This document shows positions 18,319 through 28,478 of a stretch of 37,272 bases of DNA, piece after piece. The DNA comes from a virus (taxonomy: Duplodnaviria; Caudoviricetes): IMG/VR virus record IMGVR_UViG_3300033067_001011, positions 1 to 37,272 of that record. The stretch is one strand, 5' to 3'. The number at the start of each line of letters is the position of its first letter. The first letter of the stretch is position 1. The notes below the pieces were generated by a model. It was not told where the DNA came from. It worked only from the letters and a program-made list of their open reading frames with translations, and did no database searches. Both the position numbers and the translations under genes were made by a program.

Positions 18319-19776
18319 ATGAGCCTATCACATAGAGTTACAGAATTAATTGAGAATTGGTTTAGTGGTTTAAGTTCAGCAAAAGTTGAGGTAACTACTT
18401 TACCGAATGTAACCGTTAGCACACTTCCAGCTTTACCATCGGGCGATAATAACATAGGTAAAATAAAAGTTACAGATGGAACAAATACAGCAAGCGTTAT
18501 AAAAGCTGATGGTGAATATGGACTTGTAACTGTAAGTCCTGCTCATATTTCTACAACTAATAGTACAACAACAACGCTTGGTATAGGTGGAATTTTTACT
18601 GGAACTGCCGAAGAAGTTGTTAATTATGGAATAATAATGGTAATAGTTAAAGCATCTCATCCTTCAGCAACTGCTGGTTTTTCTATACAACAATCAACAG
18701 ACGGCACAAATTGGGATTCAACAGATGAATATACAATAAATGCAAATGAGGGTAAAACATTTTCATTTCAAGCAGGAGCACGATATTTTAGAATAGTTTA
18801 TACAAATGGTGGAGTTGCACAAACTTATTTTAGGTTACAAACAATTTTAAAACCTTCATATGTTAAACCATCATCACATAGAATTGGCGATACTATTTCA
18901 GCCAATGACGATGCCGAACTTGTTAAATCAGTATTAACTGCTCAAAATTATACAAGTTCATTTGTACCAATTAATGCAAGTAAATCGGGTAACTTACAAG
19001 TTACAGATGCCGAAAATGGATTTGCAATATCAAAGGGTGAAGTAGTAGGAACAAGTTATATACATAAGTTTGGGAAATCATTTGATTTTGATACATCGGA
19101 TGGCGAGGTTACAATTTGGGATGGTGCAGAAGATGCCGACCCATGGGAATTAATGAGATATGTATATAGTACAACAGCAGATATTGATAGTATAAGTTCA
19201 TCATCAACAAGCGATACAAATAGAATAATAGTTATAATTGGTCAAACATTAGATGGTACAGAAATATCACAAACAGTAACATTAAATGGTCAAACAAGAG
19301 TTGCTTTAACAACTCCACTTTATAGAGTTTATAGGGCATATAACAACAATTCTACTGCTATAATAGGTCATGCGGTTATATATGTTAATACTGCTTTAAC
19401 AAGTGGTATACCAACAGATAAAACAAAAATAAGGGCAGTAATACATCCGACATATGAACAAACAGAAATGGCAGTTTATACAATTCCAAAGGGATACACA
19501 GGTTATTTAATGAATTTTTATGCTTCCATTGCAGGAGCGAGCAAATCATCTAATTATATTATTAATTTAAACACAAGAGAAAATGGAAAAATATTTAGAA
19601 TTCGACATTCAGATGCAATTTCAGACTCAGGAAGTTCAAAAATTCAACATAATTATTTTGCTCCTGAAAAATTATTAGAGCGAACTGATATAGAAATTAC
19701 AGCACAAACAACAGTTGCAAATATAACTGGTTCATCAATTTCAGCAGGGTTTGAAATAATATTAGTTGCTAATTAA
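18319..19776 (+). CDS. Putative virion structural protein (beta-rich, multi-domain)
   Basis: 485 aa from ATG18319; T/S/G-rich; in the structural operon. Confidence 0.65.
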   Translation: MSLSHRVTELIENWFSGLSSAKVEVTTLPNVTVSTLPALPSGDNNIGKIKVTDGTNTASVIKADGEYGLVTVSPAHISTTNSTTTTLGIGGIFTGTAEEVVNYGIIMVIVKASHPSATAGFSIQQSTDGTNWDSTDEYTINANEGKTFSFQAGARYFRIVYTNGGVAQTYFRLQTILKPSYVKPSSHRIGDTISANDDAELVKSVLTAQNYTSSFVPINASKSGNLQVTDAENGFAISKGEVVGTSYIHKFGKSFDFDTSDGEVTIWDGAEDADPWELMRYVYSTTADIDSISSSSTSDTNRIIVIIGQTLDGTEISQTVTLNGQTRVALTTPLYRVYRAYNNNSTAIIGHAVIYVNTALTSGIPTDKTKIRAVIHPTYEQTEMAVYTIPKGYTGYLMNFYASIAGASKSSNYIINLNTRENGKIFRIRHSDAISDSGSSKIQHNYFAPEKLLERTDIEITAQTTVANITGSSISAGFEIILVAN

Positions 19777-19788
19777 GGAGGTTATAAG

Positions 19789-20517
19789 ATGAGTGAAGCA
19801 AGAACAACGGAAATATTAGAAACATGTTTCGATTCAGTTTCTTCAACGTTAAAAACAACGGCTACAATAAACACAGGCGATATTGAAATTGGAGCTGTTG
19901 AAATAAAAAACGCTACGGACGATACGAGGGCAACAGTTGGAGCGAATGGTTTATATGTTGATATAAGAAATGTACAAGCAGGAACTTCAATAATCGGTAA
20001 AGTTGGAATTGACCAAACAACAGATGGAACAACTAACAGGGTTACAAGTGCAGGAGATACAGTAGAAGTAAGTCACACAAGACCAGCAAACACAACAGCA
20101 TATACTGCAAATGATGTAGTGGGTACAGACCCTGCAACAAATTTAGAATTTACAAATGTTTTGCCAGTGGCAGGCAATTGTATTATTACCGGCGCATATA
20201 TGAGAATTAGAGTTGCAAGTTTACCGAGTGGAATGTCTACTTTTAAATTACATTTGTATAGTTCAGCGCCTACAGCCATTACAGACAATTCGGCATTTAA
20301 TGTAATAGATGCAGACCGTTCAAAATATTTAGGTTATATTACATTTAATCAACCTGAGGACGTTGGCGACAATATATTATGGACTCAAATTGAAAATATT
20401 AACATGGTTCGTAAATTATCATCAACAAGTATATTTGGAGTTTTACAAACTGTTGGAGCGTTTACACCTACGAGTGCATGTGTAAAAGATATTGGAATTT
20501 GCGTATTAGGAAGGTGA
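19789..20517 (+). CDS. Putative virion structural protein
   Basis: 242 aa; RPANTTAYTANDVVG motif; RBS aaggagg. Confidence 0.65.
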   Translation: MSEARTTEILETCFDSVSSTLKTTATINTGDIEIGAVEIKNATDDTRATVGANGLYVDIRNVQAGTSIIGKVGIDQTTDGTTNRVTSAGDTVEVSHTRPANTTAYTANDVVGTDPATNLEFTNVLPVAGNCIITGAYMRIRVASLPSGMSTFKLHLYSSAPTAITDNSAFNVIDADRSKYLGYITFNQPEDVGDNILWTQIENINMVRKLSSTSIFGVLQTVGAFTPTSACVKDIGICVLGR

Positions 20518-20521
20518 TTAT

Positions 20522-22000
20522 ATGCTTAGTGGTACAAGAAATATCATATTAACACCAAAAATATTAATGCCTAAAGATGTTAAAGGTAATGTATTATCAT
20601 TGATAGCTAATGAGGCTAATAATGGTTTGCCTCCTTCAAGTGTACCTTCTACAAGTCCGACAACGTGGAAGGATTTAACTAGATATGGAAATAACGCTAC
20701 AATGGTTAATCAAGCAGGAAGTAGTTCGTCAGGTTGGAAAAGTGAAGTAATAAATGGTAAAACTGTATATTATAATAGGCTAGATGGTGTTGACGATTAC
20801 GGAAGTTTTGTTAATACTGCTTCTCTTGATATTACAACTAACGAATTTGCTATTGCTAAAACGTTTAGAATACAGACAGGTGCAACAACAAAATGGATTT
20901 GGAATAAGTCGGAAGATGCAGAAAACGAAACACAGTATGGTTTGAAGTATAATGCTACAAATGGATATATTGAATTATGGTTAGAAGGTTATATAAGGGC
21001 TACTATATTTGCAGGAAGTATAACAGCTAATGTTTGGTATAATGTTATATTTTATCGCAATTCAAGTGGAGTTATAAGGTCATGGCTTAACACTTTAGAA
21101 CATAGTGGTAATATTTATGTTGGAGCGTTAACAAGCAGACCGAATTTGCGTTTAGGTGCAAGAAGTAGCAACGCAGAAGGAACAACACACACAGACTACG
21201 CAAAAGAAGATGAAGGAACTATTAATGTATATTCTGATACAAGTTTAGATATTAATAGAATTATCAAAGCTGAAACAAATGCTGCTAAAATTTATAGTCT
21301 TGATACTTCAACTTGGAGTATTCCTACTGAAACGTCAACTGATTTATTTAGGCTATATTTTTCAACAAGTGGTGCAAAAACATTGACGGCTAGTGTAAAT
21401 AGTGGTCATGGTATGAGTTATGTTGATAAGTCGGGTGAACAAGTTAGCAATAGTTATAGCAGAACTGTTGATGCTAAAGATTATGTTATAGCTAGAGCAA
21501 CAGAACCTAGTAAAATTATAGATATTGATTGGAACTCAAAAGGATTAACTGGAAGTTTATCATCAAGTTTATTAAGTAAAATGACTAATATTTATTTATT
21601 TTATTTACACGTTAACAAAATAACAGGAAAAATACCATCACTATCAAACAATACTAAACTACAATATATTCAATTTTGGGATAATAAATTAACTGGTAAC
21701 ATTCCTGATATTTCAACAAATACAATTTTAAGAGTTATTAGGGTGTATTCAAACAATTTAACAGGATTTGAAGGTGGTACAGTATCATCAACACTTGGTG
21801 ATTTTCAAGCACAAAATAATCTACTAACACAAACAGCAGTAGATGCAATTTTATCTGCATTTGTAGCAGCAGGAAGAACATCAGCAAATGGTACATGTAA
21901 TCTTGAATTAGGTGGTACAGGAAATGCAACACCATCAGCGACAGGATTGGCAGATAAAGCAACGCTAGTAAGTAGAGGTTGGACTGTTACGACAAACTAA
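20522..22000 (+). CDS. LamG/ConA-like domain plus leucine-rich-repeat protein (putative adhesin)
   Basis: WKDL..YGNNATM, LDGVDDYG, WYNV; LRRs of the form LxxxxxxxNxLTGxIP. Confidence 0.75.
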   Translation: MLSGTRNIILTPKILMPKDVKGNVLSLIANEANNGLPPSSVPSTSPTTWKDLTRYGNNATMVNQAGSSSSGWKSEVINGKTVYYNRLDGVDDYGSFVNTASLDITTNEFAIAKTFRIQTGATTKWIWNKSEDAENETQYGLKYNATNGYIELWLEGYIRATIFAGSITANVWYNVIFYRNSSGVIRSWLNTLEHSGNIYVGALTSRPNLRLGARSSNAEGTTHTDYAKEDEGTINVYSDTSLDINRIIKAETNAAKIYSLDTSTWSIPTETSTDLFRLYFSTSGAKTLTASVNSGHGMSYVDKSGEQVSNSYSRTVDAKDYVIARATEPSKIIDIDWNSKGLTGSLSSSLLSKMTNIYLFYLHVNKITGKIPSLSNNTKLQYIQFWDNKLTGNIPDISTNTILRVIRVYSNNLTGFEGGTVSSTLGDFQAQNNLLTQTAVDAILSAFVAAGRTSANGTCNLELGGTGNATPSATGLADKATLVSRGWTVTTN

Positions 22001-22019
22001 TTCAAAGGAGATTTAAAAA

Positions 22020-22376
22020 ATGTGGGTTAAAACAACATCAGAGTGTTTTATGAATTACGGAATTGATTTAGATGCACAACGTAAATTGATTGACGATGAA
22101 TATATAATGCATATGCAGTTAGTTGATTATCAGTTTTTAATTGATAGTCGCAATGATACCAATATAAAGTGGTATAATTCGGACGAAATGAGTGAGATTT
22201 TAGAAATATCGGAGCCTCAAAATTTAGAAGTAGCAGAAGAAGATATTGAGATAATAAACAGCATTAAAGCAAAAGAGGTAGAAATCACAGAAAAAAGAAA
22301 TTTAAATGCAATTGAAAGAGAAGTAACTATTTCAGCAATATTTGAAGAAAATGAGATTCCTAAAGAAATGGGGTGA
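22020..22376 (+). CDS. Hypothetical protein (possible fibre chaperone)
   Basis: 118 aa, acidic; follows the LamG-LRR gene. Confidence 0.6.
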   Translation: MWVKTTSECFMNYGIDLDAQRKLIDDEYIMHMQLVDYQFLIDSRNDTNIKWYNSDEMSEILEISEPQNLEVAEEDIEIINSIKAKEVEITEKRNLNAIEREVTISAIFEENEIPKEMG

Positions 22377-22380
22377 TAAA

Positions 22381-22914
22381 ATGGCAATAACAGTTGGAAC
22401 AGATACTTATATAAGTTTATCGGATGCTACGGCATATGTTAACGCAACTAATATTTCAACATCAACTAATTATATTACGTGGACAGCTTTAACGGATGGA
22501 AACAAAGAAGTATATCTTAAACTTGCAACAAAGAAAATTGACCGTCAATATTTGCGAGGTATAAAATCAATCACAACTCAAACTTTAGAATTTCCGAGAG
22601 CCTTGCAAACTGATTATCGCAGACAAGATTATCCAAACTTGAATATCTTGCTTGATGGAGAATGGTTTATAGAAATAGCAGTTGACCAAAGGGTTAAAGA
22701 TGCACAAGTTGAAGAAGCATTGTCAATTGCTGTTAATGGTGGCACAGCAAATAAAAGAGCAGAATTACAAGCACAAGGGGTAACGGAATTTAGTTTGGGA
22801 AAATTATCGGAAAAATATGATAATGGAACAAATACAACAGGTTCAACAAAACTTTTGAGCGTAAATGCACAGGAATTATTAAGATATTATATTTTAGGTG
22901 GTGTTGCTTTGTGA
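22381..22914 (+). CDS. Head-tail connector / adaptor (DnaT-like annotation class)
   Basis: DTYISLSDATAY, QTLEFPR, VKDAQVEEAL, FSLGKLSEKY. Confidence 0.8.
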   Translation: MAITVGTDTYISLSDATAYVNATNISTSTNYITWTALTDGNKEVYLKLATKKIDRQYLRGIKSITTQTLEFPRALQTDYRRQDYPNLNILLDGEWFIEIAVDQRVKDAQVEEALSIAVNGGTANKRAELQAQGVTEFSLGKLSEKYDNGTNTTGSTKLLSVNAQELLRYYILGGVAL

Positions 22915-23204
22915 TTGATGTATACTTAAATCAAATAGTAACATTAAAAAGTAAAGCAAGTGTAAACGCATACAATGAAGCTACATACACAAGTACATCC
23001 ATAAAGGCTAGATATGAATATAGTCGAAAATTAACACGAAATAAAAATGGTGAAGAAGTCGAAAGCACAGCACAAGTTTTTACAACAACACAAGTAAAAC
23101 CTGACGATGTATTAACATTTGATAGCATAGATTGGAATGTAATAGCAGTTGAAAATCAAGTTGATTTAAATGGTACAGTGAACCATTATGAGGTGTATGT
23201 ATGA
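22911..23204 (+). CDS. Head closure / stopper protein
   Basis: 97 aa; synteny; NKNGEEVES, GTVNHYEV. Confidence 0.7.
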   Translation: MIDVYLNQIVTLKSKASVNAYNEATYTSTSIKARYEYSRKLTRNKNGEEVESTAQVFTTTQVKPDDVLTFDSIDWNVIAVENQVDLNGTVNHYEVYV

Positions 23205-23545
23205 GTAATATAAATGCAAACATAAGAGGTTTAAGCGAAAGAATAAAACAAGTTGTTGAAAGTGAAGTATTAAAGGCTTGTTTAGATTTACAAGCAAAAG
23301 CAATTCCGAGAACTCCAATTGATACTGGAGATTTACGAGGTTCAAGCAATGTAAGAATAACAAAGTCACAAGGATATATAAGTGGAAGAGTAGGTTTTAA
23401 CACTCATTACGCATTAAAACAACATGAAACAACTTGGTACAATCATCCAAGAGGTGGCGAATGGGGTTATTTAATTAAACCAATGCATGAAAATTCAACA
23501 CGATATATTAATGCAATTATTAACGCTGTTAGGAGGTTGTTATAA
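23201..23545 (+). CDS. HK97 gp10-like neck / tail-completion protein
   Basis: PIDTGDLRGS and YALKQHE motifs. Confidence 0.8.
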   Translation: MSNINANIRGLSERIKQVVESEVLKACLDLQAKAIPRTPIDTGDLRGSSNVRITKSQGYISGRVGFNTHYALKQHETTWYNHPRGGEWGYLIKPMHENSTRYINAIINAVRRLL

Positions 23546-23929
23546 ATGGCTTTATTGGTAGATATAGCAACGCTTTTAACAGGTGAAACAAATAAATATT
23601 ATGGTGATATGCCCGATACACCAAATAACGTTTGTGTATTATATAATAATGGTGGTTTAGATTCTCAACATGTTTTAGGTGATGGAGTTGCAGTATCTAA
23701 TGAAAATCCATTATTACAAATACTTGTAAGAGATACATCATATGCAACGGCAGTAACAAGATGCGAAGCCATTAAAGGACAGTTAGACGGCAAAACATCA
23801 ACAACTATCAATGGAAACAACTATATTTCAATATTTATGGTTGGCGATATTGAAAGTTTAAATAGAGATTCAAAAAACAGAATAACATTATTAATGAATT
23901 TCAAAATTAAAGTAAAACGAGGAGGATAA
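23546..23929 (+). CDS. Tail terminator (minor capsid family)
   Basis: MPDTPNN, PLLQILVR, RDSKNR; synteny. Confidence 0.75.
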   Translation: MALLVDIATLLTGETNKYYGDMPDTPNNVCVLYNNGGLDSQHVLGDGVAVSNENPLLQILVRDTSYATAVTRCEAIKGQLDGKTSTTINGNNYISIFMVGDIESLNRDSKNRITLLMNFKIKVKRGG

Positions 23930-23933
23930 AATC

Positions 23934-24314
23934 ATGGCAGGATTAGCAGGCAAAGATGGAAGCTTAATGATTGGTGCATCAACAATGGCAGAGGTTCAAA
24001 GTTGGAGCATTGACACAAGCACGGATATGCTAGAAGATTCATCACTTGGTGCAGAATGGAAAACAAATGTTGCAGGTTTGAGTGAATGGTCAGCAAGTGT
24101 TGAAGCATCTTGGTTGATGTCAGACACAGCACAAGTTGCATGTCAAAACGCATTTTTGAACAAAACAACTGTTACACCAAAGCTTTACACAAACGCAACA
24201 AATTATTACACAGGTACAGCTTATATTGAATCAATATCAATCAGTGATTCTGTTGGCGAACTTGTAACAGCGTCACTAAGTTTAAAGGGTACTGGAGCAA
24301 TGACTTACGCATAA
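23934..24314 (+). CDS. Major tail tube protein
   Basis: MAGLAGKDG, WSIDTSTD, WKTNVAGLSEWSAS, SLKGTGA. Confidence 0.85.
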   Translation: MAGLAGKDGSLMIGASTMAEVQSWSIDTSTDMLEDSSLGAEWKTNVAGLSEWSASVEASWLMSDTAQVACQNAFLNKTTVTPKLYTNATNYYTGTAYIESISISDSVGELVTASLSLKGTGAMTYA

Positions 24315-24365
24315 TATTTTATAGGAGGGGTTTATATCCCCTCTCCTATACAAGGGAGGTTTACC

Positions 24366-25301
24366 ATGTCAGGATTAGCAGGCAAAGTCGGAGCAATATT
24401 TCAAAAATACACAGGCACAGATAAACATAAATTAATAGCAGATTTTCAAGATGATGAAAATTGGATCAGTGGAGCAGGAACTCAAACAGATGATGACACA
24501 AATTATCGTTTAGGCATTGAAAGTTTAAAAATTGCTGAAGATGATAACTCAGCAGGCTTGTTATATTCAGAATTAAACAGTATAAGTTTAAACCTTGCAA
24601 CGTTTACAAGTGGTGCAGTATCCGACACATCTGACTATATTTATTTAATTTGTTATATTTCAAATGTTGCAAAAGTTACAAATATAAAAGTACACTTTAG
24701 CACAGAAGCAACTTATGACGGTGACCCTTCATATACATATACTATTTCAACAGGGCTAGTTGATGGATGGAATTATATCAAGATTAAAAAATCAGCGTTT
24801 ACAAATGTAAACATGAGTGATTGGACTGGAATACAATCTATAAGAATTGGTTGGACTTCAACAACAACGGCCAGTGGATCATATGTTAGTTTTCAAGCAA
24901 TTTATTTGGTTGATGATTCTTACGATTTGATTTTATCAAATAACACAGCCTATATTGTTGAACAAAAAGGACTTTGTACAAATTGGAGTTTAGATACTTC
25001 ATGCGACATGGCAGAAGATACCGAACTAGGATCTGAGTGGAAAACGTTTGTTCCAATTTTGGGAAGTTTTACAGTTGCGATTGAAAAGTTTTGGCAAAGT
25101 GAAGAAAACTTAACAAATTTAGGAACTGAACAGGCTATACTTTTATATACTAATACTGTTAATGGTTATAGGTATGAAGGCATAGGAAATATTGATTCTG
25201 ATAGTATATCAACAACAGTTAACGAATTAATAACAGAATCAGTTAATTTTAATGGCAAAGGCACATTATATTATACAAGTTTGCTCATTAAAACTACTTA
25301 A
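24366..25301 (+). CDS. Tail tube paralogue with ~180-aa inserted domain
   Basis: N-terminal MSGLAGKVG and C-terminal ~110 aa align to the preceding tube protein. Confidence 0.8.
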   Translation: MSGLAGKVGAIFQKYTGTDKHKLIADFQDDENWISGAGTQTDDDTNYRLGIESLKIAEDDNSAGLLYSELNSISLNLATFTSGAVSDTSDYIYLICYISNVAKVTNIKVHFSTEATYDGDPSYTYTISTGLVDGWNYIKIKKSAFTNVNMSDWTGIQSIRIGWTSTTTASGSYVSFQAIYLVDDSYDLILSNNTAYIVEQKGLCTNWSLDTSCDMAEDTELGSEWKTFVPILGSFTVAIEKFWQSEENLTNLGTEQAILLYTNTVNGYRYEGIGNIDSDSISTTVNELITESVNFNGKGTLYYTSLLIKTT

Positions 25302-25391
25302 AATTAATAGTAATATAAAACTACTACTAGCACAATAAAAATTCGTTAAACGCCAAAATAAGAGGTTGAAAATTGAGAGGATGAGAATATT

Positions 25392-25727
25392 ATGGAATTA
25401 GTTTATATTCAGTTAGATAAATTAAGAGAATTGAAATTTGGAAATAAGGCGATGATACAATTTAAGGAAATGGCAGGAAAAGATATTTTAACTGTTATGC
25501 AAGAAATGGAAGAAAACAATAAAATGGATATCTTACTTTTTAATCAAATGTTGTTTTGTGCTTTACAATCTAAAAACAAAGACATTGAAACTATTGAACA
25601 GGTAATAGATTTAGTTGACGAGTATTTAGATATTGAAACATTAATAAAAAAATGTATGGAAGCATTTGAGAAGTCAGGTTTTTTTTCGAACACGAACAGC
25701 AAAACATCAAAGAAATTATCAAAGTAG
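25392..25727 (+). CDS. Tail assembly chaperone (G)
   Basis: Between tube and tape measure genes; ends just after a slippery T-run. Confidence 0.8.
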   Translation: MELVYIQLDKLRELKFGNKAMIQFKEMAGKDILTVMQEMEENNKMDILLFNQMLFCALQSKNKDIETIEQVIDLVDEYLDIETLIKKCMEAFEKSGFFSNTNSKTSKKLSK

Positions 25728-26026
25728 CTGTTCGAGCTGGACTAAAAATTGACGAATTTTGGGAAGCAACTCCAAATGAGGTTATGTTGTATATTGATGA
25801 ATATAAAAATAAAGAAATAAAAGAATATAAAAAATTAATTTATGGTGTTTGGCATAATCAAGCATTTAAGCGAACAAAAAAATTGCCTGTTTTAACAAGT
25901 ATATTAAACAAAATAGATCCAAAAACTAAAAAAACAAATGACAATATAAATATTGATAAAATAATAAGAGTTGCAACACAGAACGGTTTAAAGATACCAA
26001 AATCACTCCTAAATGAAAGGGGGTAA
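25679..26026 (+). CDS. Tail assembly chaperone extension (GT) via -1 programmed frameshift
   Basis: ggT TTT TTT tcg; the -1 frame is open: EHEQQNIKEIIKVAVRAGLKIDEFWEATPNEVML.. to 26026. Confidence 0.75.
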   Translation, partial: FFFEHEQQNIKEIIKVAVRAGLKIDEFWEATPNEVMLYIDEYKNKEIKEYKKLIYGVWHNQAFKRTKKLPVLTSILNKIDPKTKKTNDNINIDKIIRVATQNGLKIPKSLLNERG

Positions 26027-26029
26027 ATC

Positions 26030-28465
26030 ATGGCAAACGTTGGAAGCGTTAATGTTGATATAACGGCAAATATAAGACAGTTAACAAGTTCTTTAAATGC
26101 TATGCAATCACAACTTAATCAAGCTACTAGAAACGCACAACAGCAAGCTAGTCAAATATCAAGTAGTATGTCAAATATGGGAAGAAATGTTTCAAATGCA
26201 ATAAAGGGTTATTTGATTTATAAGGGTATTGATTTGTTAACAAATGGAATTTCCGAAACTGTTAAAGCGTTCAATAAAATGGAATCGTCAATGATGGGTT
26301 TAGGAAGTATCGTTGAATCACAAGGTCGAAGCATGAGTAATGCTACAAAGTTTATACAATCTTATGTTGCTGATGGTCTTGTACCTATGGCAGATGCAGT
26401 TACATCCTATAAACAATTATCGCAACGTGGATATAGCACAGACCAAATAGAAAAAATAATGACTGCATTTAAAGATTCAGCATCATTTGGCAGACAAGCC
26501 AGTTTGACAATGGGTGAAGCTATTCGTGGAGCAACAGAAGGTTTAAAAAACGAAAATAGTATTCTTGTTGATAATGCAGGCGTAACTAAAAATGTATCTA
26601 TGATGTGGGCAGATTACGCAAGACAAATCGGTAAAGGTGAAAAAAGTTTAACGTTAGCCGAAAAAAGACAAGCAGAAGTAAACGGAATAATGCAAGAAAC
26701 AGCCTTTCAAGTTGGAGATGCCGCAAAATATACAACAACATTAGGCGGTAAACTTGCAGGATTATCGGCACAGTTTTTTAATTTAAAAGCCTCTATTGGT
26801 TCGGTTATAGCTCCTATACTTAGTGCATTGATTCCATCAATACAAAGTGCAATGATTTATATAACAAGTTTTTTTACTTTGCTAGGTGGAATAAGCAAAA
26901 AAATATTTGGATATAATACTGAACAGGCAAAAACATCAGGAGTAAGCAAAAAAGCCGAAACAGCACAATCAAAACTTGGAAATGCAGTTAAAAAGACAGG
27001 GAAAGCCGTTGCTAGTAACTTACAATCGTTCGACCAATTAAACACATTGACAAAAGAAACGGCAGATAATACAGAAGATGTTTCTAGTGGTGTTGGTGGT
27101 GATGTTGGCGTTATAGATATGACCGAAAGTATAAAAACTCCTGAGATTGATACTTCTTTTTTAGATAAATATATTGAAAAAATAAACAATATAAAGGTAC
27201 TATTTTCGGATTCAATAACTGGAGCAATGAGTAACTTACAAACTGCCTCTGATAGTTTATATAACGCATTTAAAAAATTAAAAGATATTATATCAGGTAT
27301 AATTTTTAAAAATGCAGATGCTATAAAGCAATCATTAGATAGTTTATCTCAAGGAACTGTTGATGTAATAAATATGTTTATAGAATTAGCAGGTAAACTT
27401 CCAAGGGATGCATTTGATTTATATAATAGATATATTCAAGAAAATGCTGAAACAATGACAGCAGTATATGAATTTACAATATTATATATAATTAGCTTAT
27501 TAGATAATTTGGGTGCTATATTTAGTACGACAGCAAAAGGAATAATGAAAGTATATGATGATAATATTGCTCCACTTAAACAATTATTTATGGATGTATT
27601 TAATCCAATTAGTGATTTAATAGGTTCACTTGTAAATAATGTTTTAACTCCTTTGTTTATGCCTGCGATAAAAGCTATGGGAGATGTTGTACGTGAGGTT
27701 ATGCCTTTAATTTGGAATAATATAAGTACAGTTATTAACGATATTGTTGCATTATTAACATTGTTTTGGAAAACCTATTTTGAACCTTTAATAGTTTGGA
27801 TATCTGAAAAAGTTTTACCATTACTTCAGCCAGTTTTTACAGAATTAGGATTAATATTTAAGGATTTATTAGATTCAGCAATATATATAATAAAAGATAT
27901 GACAGATATTTTTAGTGGGTTAACTACATTTTTATTAGGAGCATTTACTAACGATTGGGGAAAAGCATGGGAAGGAATTAAAAAAATATTTGAAGGTGTG
28001 TTTAATTCACTTGTTAATATTGCTAGGATTCCCATAAATTCAACAATAAGACTTATAAATTTATTTTTAGATGCTCTGTCGCAAATTAAAATAAATATTC
28101 CATCAATGAATATTCCTTTTATCGGTAAAGTTGGAGGACAAAGTTTAAGTTTTCCTAAACTATCAATATCAGAAATTCCTGCACTTGCTCAAGGTGGAAT
28201 TGTAACATCACCAACACAGGCATTAATTGGTGAGGGTGCTTATGATGAAGCCGTTATTCCATTGGGTGGCAGTAAATTTGATATGTTAATTAATGGTATA
28301 GGAAATGCAGTAACACAAGCTTTACAAACAACAAATCAAAATAATAAATCAAACAGTAACAGCATAAATTTAATTATTGACGGGAAAGAAATTGCTAAAA
28401 TACTCGCTCCTCTACTTTCAAAAGAAAATAATAGAGTTGGCTCATCATCAATATTTGTAACTTAA
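26030..28465 (+). CDS. Tape measure protein
   Basis: 811 aa; GLKNENSILVDNAGVTKN motif, amphipathic repeats, LAQGGIV..EGAYDEAVIPL. Confidence 0.9.
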   Translation: MANVGSVNVDITANIRQLTSSLNAMQSQLNQATRNAQQQASQISSSMSNMGRNVSNAIKGYLIYKGIDLLTNGISETVKAFNKMESSMMGLGSIVESQGRSMSNATKFIQSYVADGLVPMADAVTSYKQLSQRGYSTDQIEKIMTAFKDSASFGRQASLTMGEAIRGATEGLKNENSILVDNAGVTKNVSMMWADYARQIGKGEKSLTLAEKRQAEVNGIMQETAFQVGDAAKYTTTLGGKLAGLSAQFFNLKASIGSVIAPILSALIPSIQSAMIYITSFFTLLGGISKKIFGYNTEQAKTSGVSKKAETAQSKLGNAVKKTGKAVASNLQSFDQLNTLTKETADNTEDVSSGVGGDVGVIDMTESIKTPEIDTSFLDKYIEKINNIKVLFSDSITGAMSNLQTASDSLYNAFKKLKDIISGIIFKNADAIKQSLDSLSQGTVDVINMFIELAGKLPRDAFDLYNRYIQENAETMTAVYEFTILYIISLLDNLGAIFSTTAKGIMKVYDDNIAPLKQLFMDVFNPISDLIGSLVNNVLTPLFMPAIKAMGDVVREVMPLIWNNISTVINDIVALLTLFWKTYFEPLIVWISEKVLPLLQPVFTELGLIFKDLLDSAIYIIKDMTDIFSGLTTFLLGAFTNDWGKAWEGIKKIFEGVFNSLVNIARIPINSTIRLINLFLDALSQIKINIPSMNIPFIGKVGGQSLSFPKLSISEIPALAQGGIVTSPTQALIGEGAYDEAVIPLGGSKFDMLINGIGNAVTQALQTTNQNNKSNSNSINLIIDGKEIAKILAPLLSKENNRVGSSSIFVT

Positions 28466-28478
28466 AGGGGGTTATAAA

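Noticed and set aside
25784-26026. Independent 80-aa gene
   Set aside because: Better explained as the -1 frameshift extension, because the conserved-looking motif lies upstream of its ATG
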